Below are positions 63,444 through 64,000 of a DNA stretch of 64,000 nt, piece after piece. The position numbers and the translations under genes were made by a program. Within the stretch, counting starts at the first letter, position 1; the number at the start of each line of letters is the position of its first letter. Source of the DNA: Tubiluchus corallicola (Eukaryota; Animalia; Priapulida); NCBI GenBank assembly GCA_030141605.1, contig JAQGDQ010000229.1, forward strand, positions 62,001 through 126,000. The letters are read 5' to 3'. Below the pieces are notes generated by a model. That model was not told the origin of the DNA, made no database searches, and was given only the letters and a program-made list of their open reading frames with translations.

Positions 63444-64000
63444 GGAATCCATTGGATTGTGTGTGCAGCCAGAGCTGGATAATTAGTGAGTCGTGGGGCA
63501 ACAACACAAATTTAGGCACATGTGAAACTCCACAACATCTACAAGGAGAACATCTAGCGTTTCTTTCCTATGATGAATTTTGTTTGAATGGAACAAAACC
63601 GACAACTTCAGAGGAAAATGCAACAACTTCTGGATATGAAGGATCAACTGAAGAAACTTTCAGTGAAAGTATTAACACAGACCTAGTTAGTACTGATGGA
63701 GAAACTGAAACTACTCTTGAAGGCACCATGGGTTCGACAGTATCAACAGAAGAAAGCACTGAGAGTTCAACTAACACAAGCCAAGAAGTCACTGATGGTT
63801 TAACTGAAACAACTCAAGAAAGCACTGTAAGTTCAATTGAAACAAGTGAAGAAAGCACTGAGGGTTCGAGTGAAACAAGTCAAGAAAGCACCCTAGGTCT
63901 AAGTGAAACAACTGAAGAAAGCACCGAGGGTTCGACAACTTCAGAGGAAAATGCAACAACTTCTGGATACGAAGGATCAACTGAAGAAACTTTCAGTGAA
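63444..64000 (+). CDS. LRR protein coding exon 2 (LRRCT plus S/T/E-rich mucin-like stalk), runs off the window
   Basis: aatttcag acceptor; in frame with exon 1: GNPLDCVCSQSWII...CETPQHLQGEHLAFLSYDEFC (4-Cys LRRCT), then TTSEENATTSGYEGSTEE...; open to window end. Confidence 0.9.
63601..64000 (+). repeat. Coding tandem repeat: 333-bp (111-aa) unit containing 33-bp (11-aa) subunits
   Basis: gacaacttcagaggaaaatgcaacaacttctgga at 63601 recurs at 63934 with one mismatch in 67 nt; subunits TEESTESSTNT / SQEVTDGLTET / TQESTVSSIET / SEESTEGSSET / SQESTLGLSET. Confidence 0.9.

Overview
AT-rich, microsatellite- and MITE-rich genomic DNA from an invertebrate animal; the species cannot be determined from this window. 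About 1-33.9 kb has no convincing protein-coding gene. It holds simple repeats, non-autonomous DNA transposons, decayed LINE/SINE fragments and several clusters of TALE-homeodomain-type motifs. From ~33.9 to 60.8 kb the minus strand carries a cGMP-dependent protein kinase gene (PKG, PRKG1/foraging-like). I assembled 14 core exons by hand (1807 nt, reading frame continuous to TAA at 37941) encoding CNB-A, CNB-B, the kinase domain and the AGC tail. One intron is GC-AG, and the N-terminal leucine-zipper/autoinhibitory exon(s) are not visible and probably lie beyond the window. Two things stand out. (1) The 10.6 kb intron between CNB-B and the kinase domain holds four extra open, symmetric phase-2 exons (48, 150, 162, 57 nt) that can be combined freely without frameshift or stop. 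They would add up to 139 aa to the regulatory-catalytic linker, including an SH3-ligand PPVPPHR and a beta-TrCP-like DSGIRGS motif formed across a splice junction. (2) A plus-strand gene for a secreted or surface LRR protein (signal peptide, LRRNT, ~13 LRRs, LRRCT, S/T/E-rich stalk with 33-bp and 333-bp repeats) appears nested antisense in the upstream PKG intron. All calls were made by eye; no searches were run.
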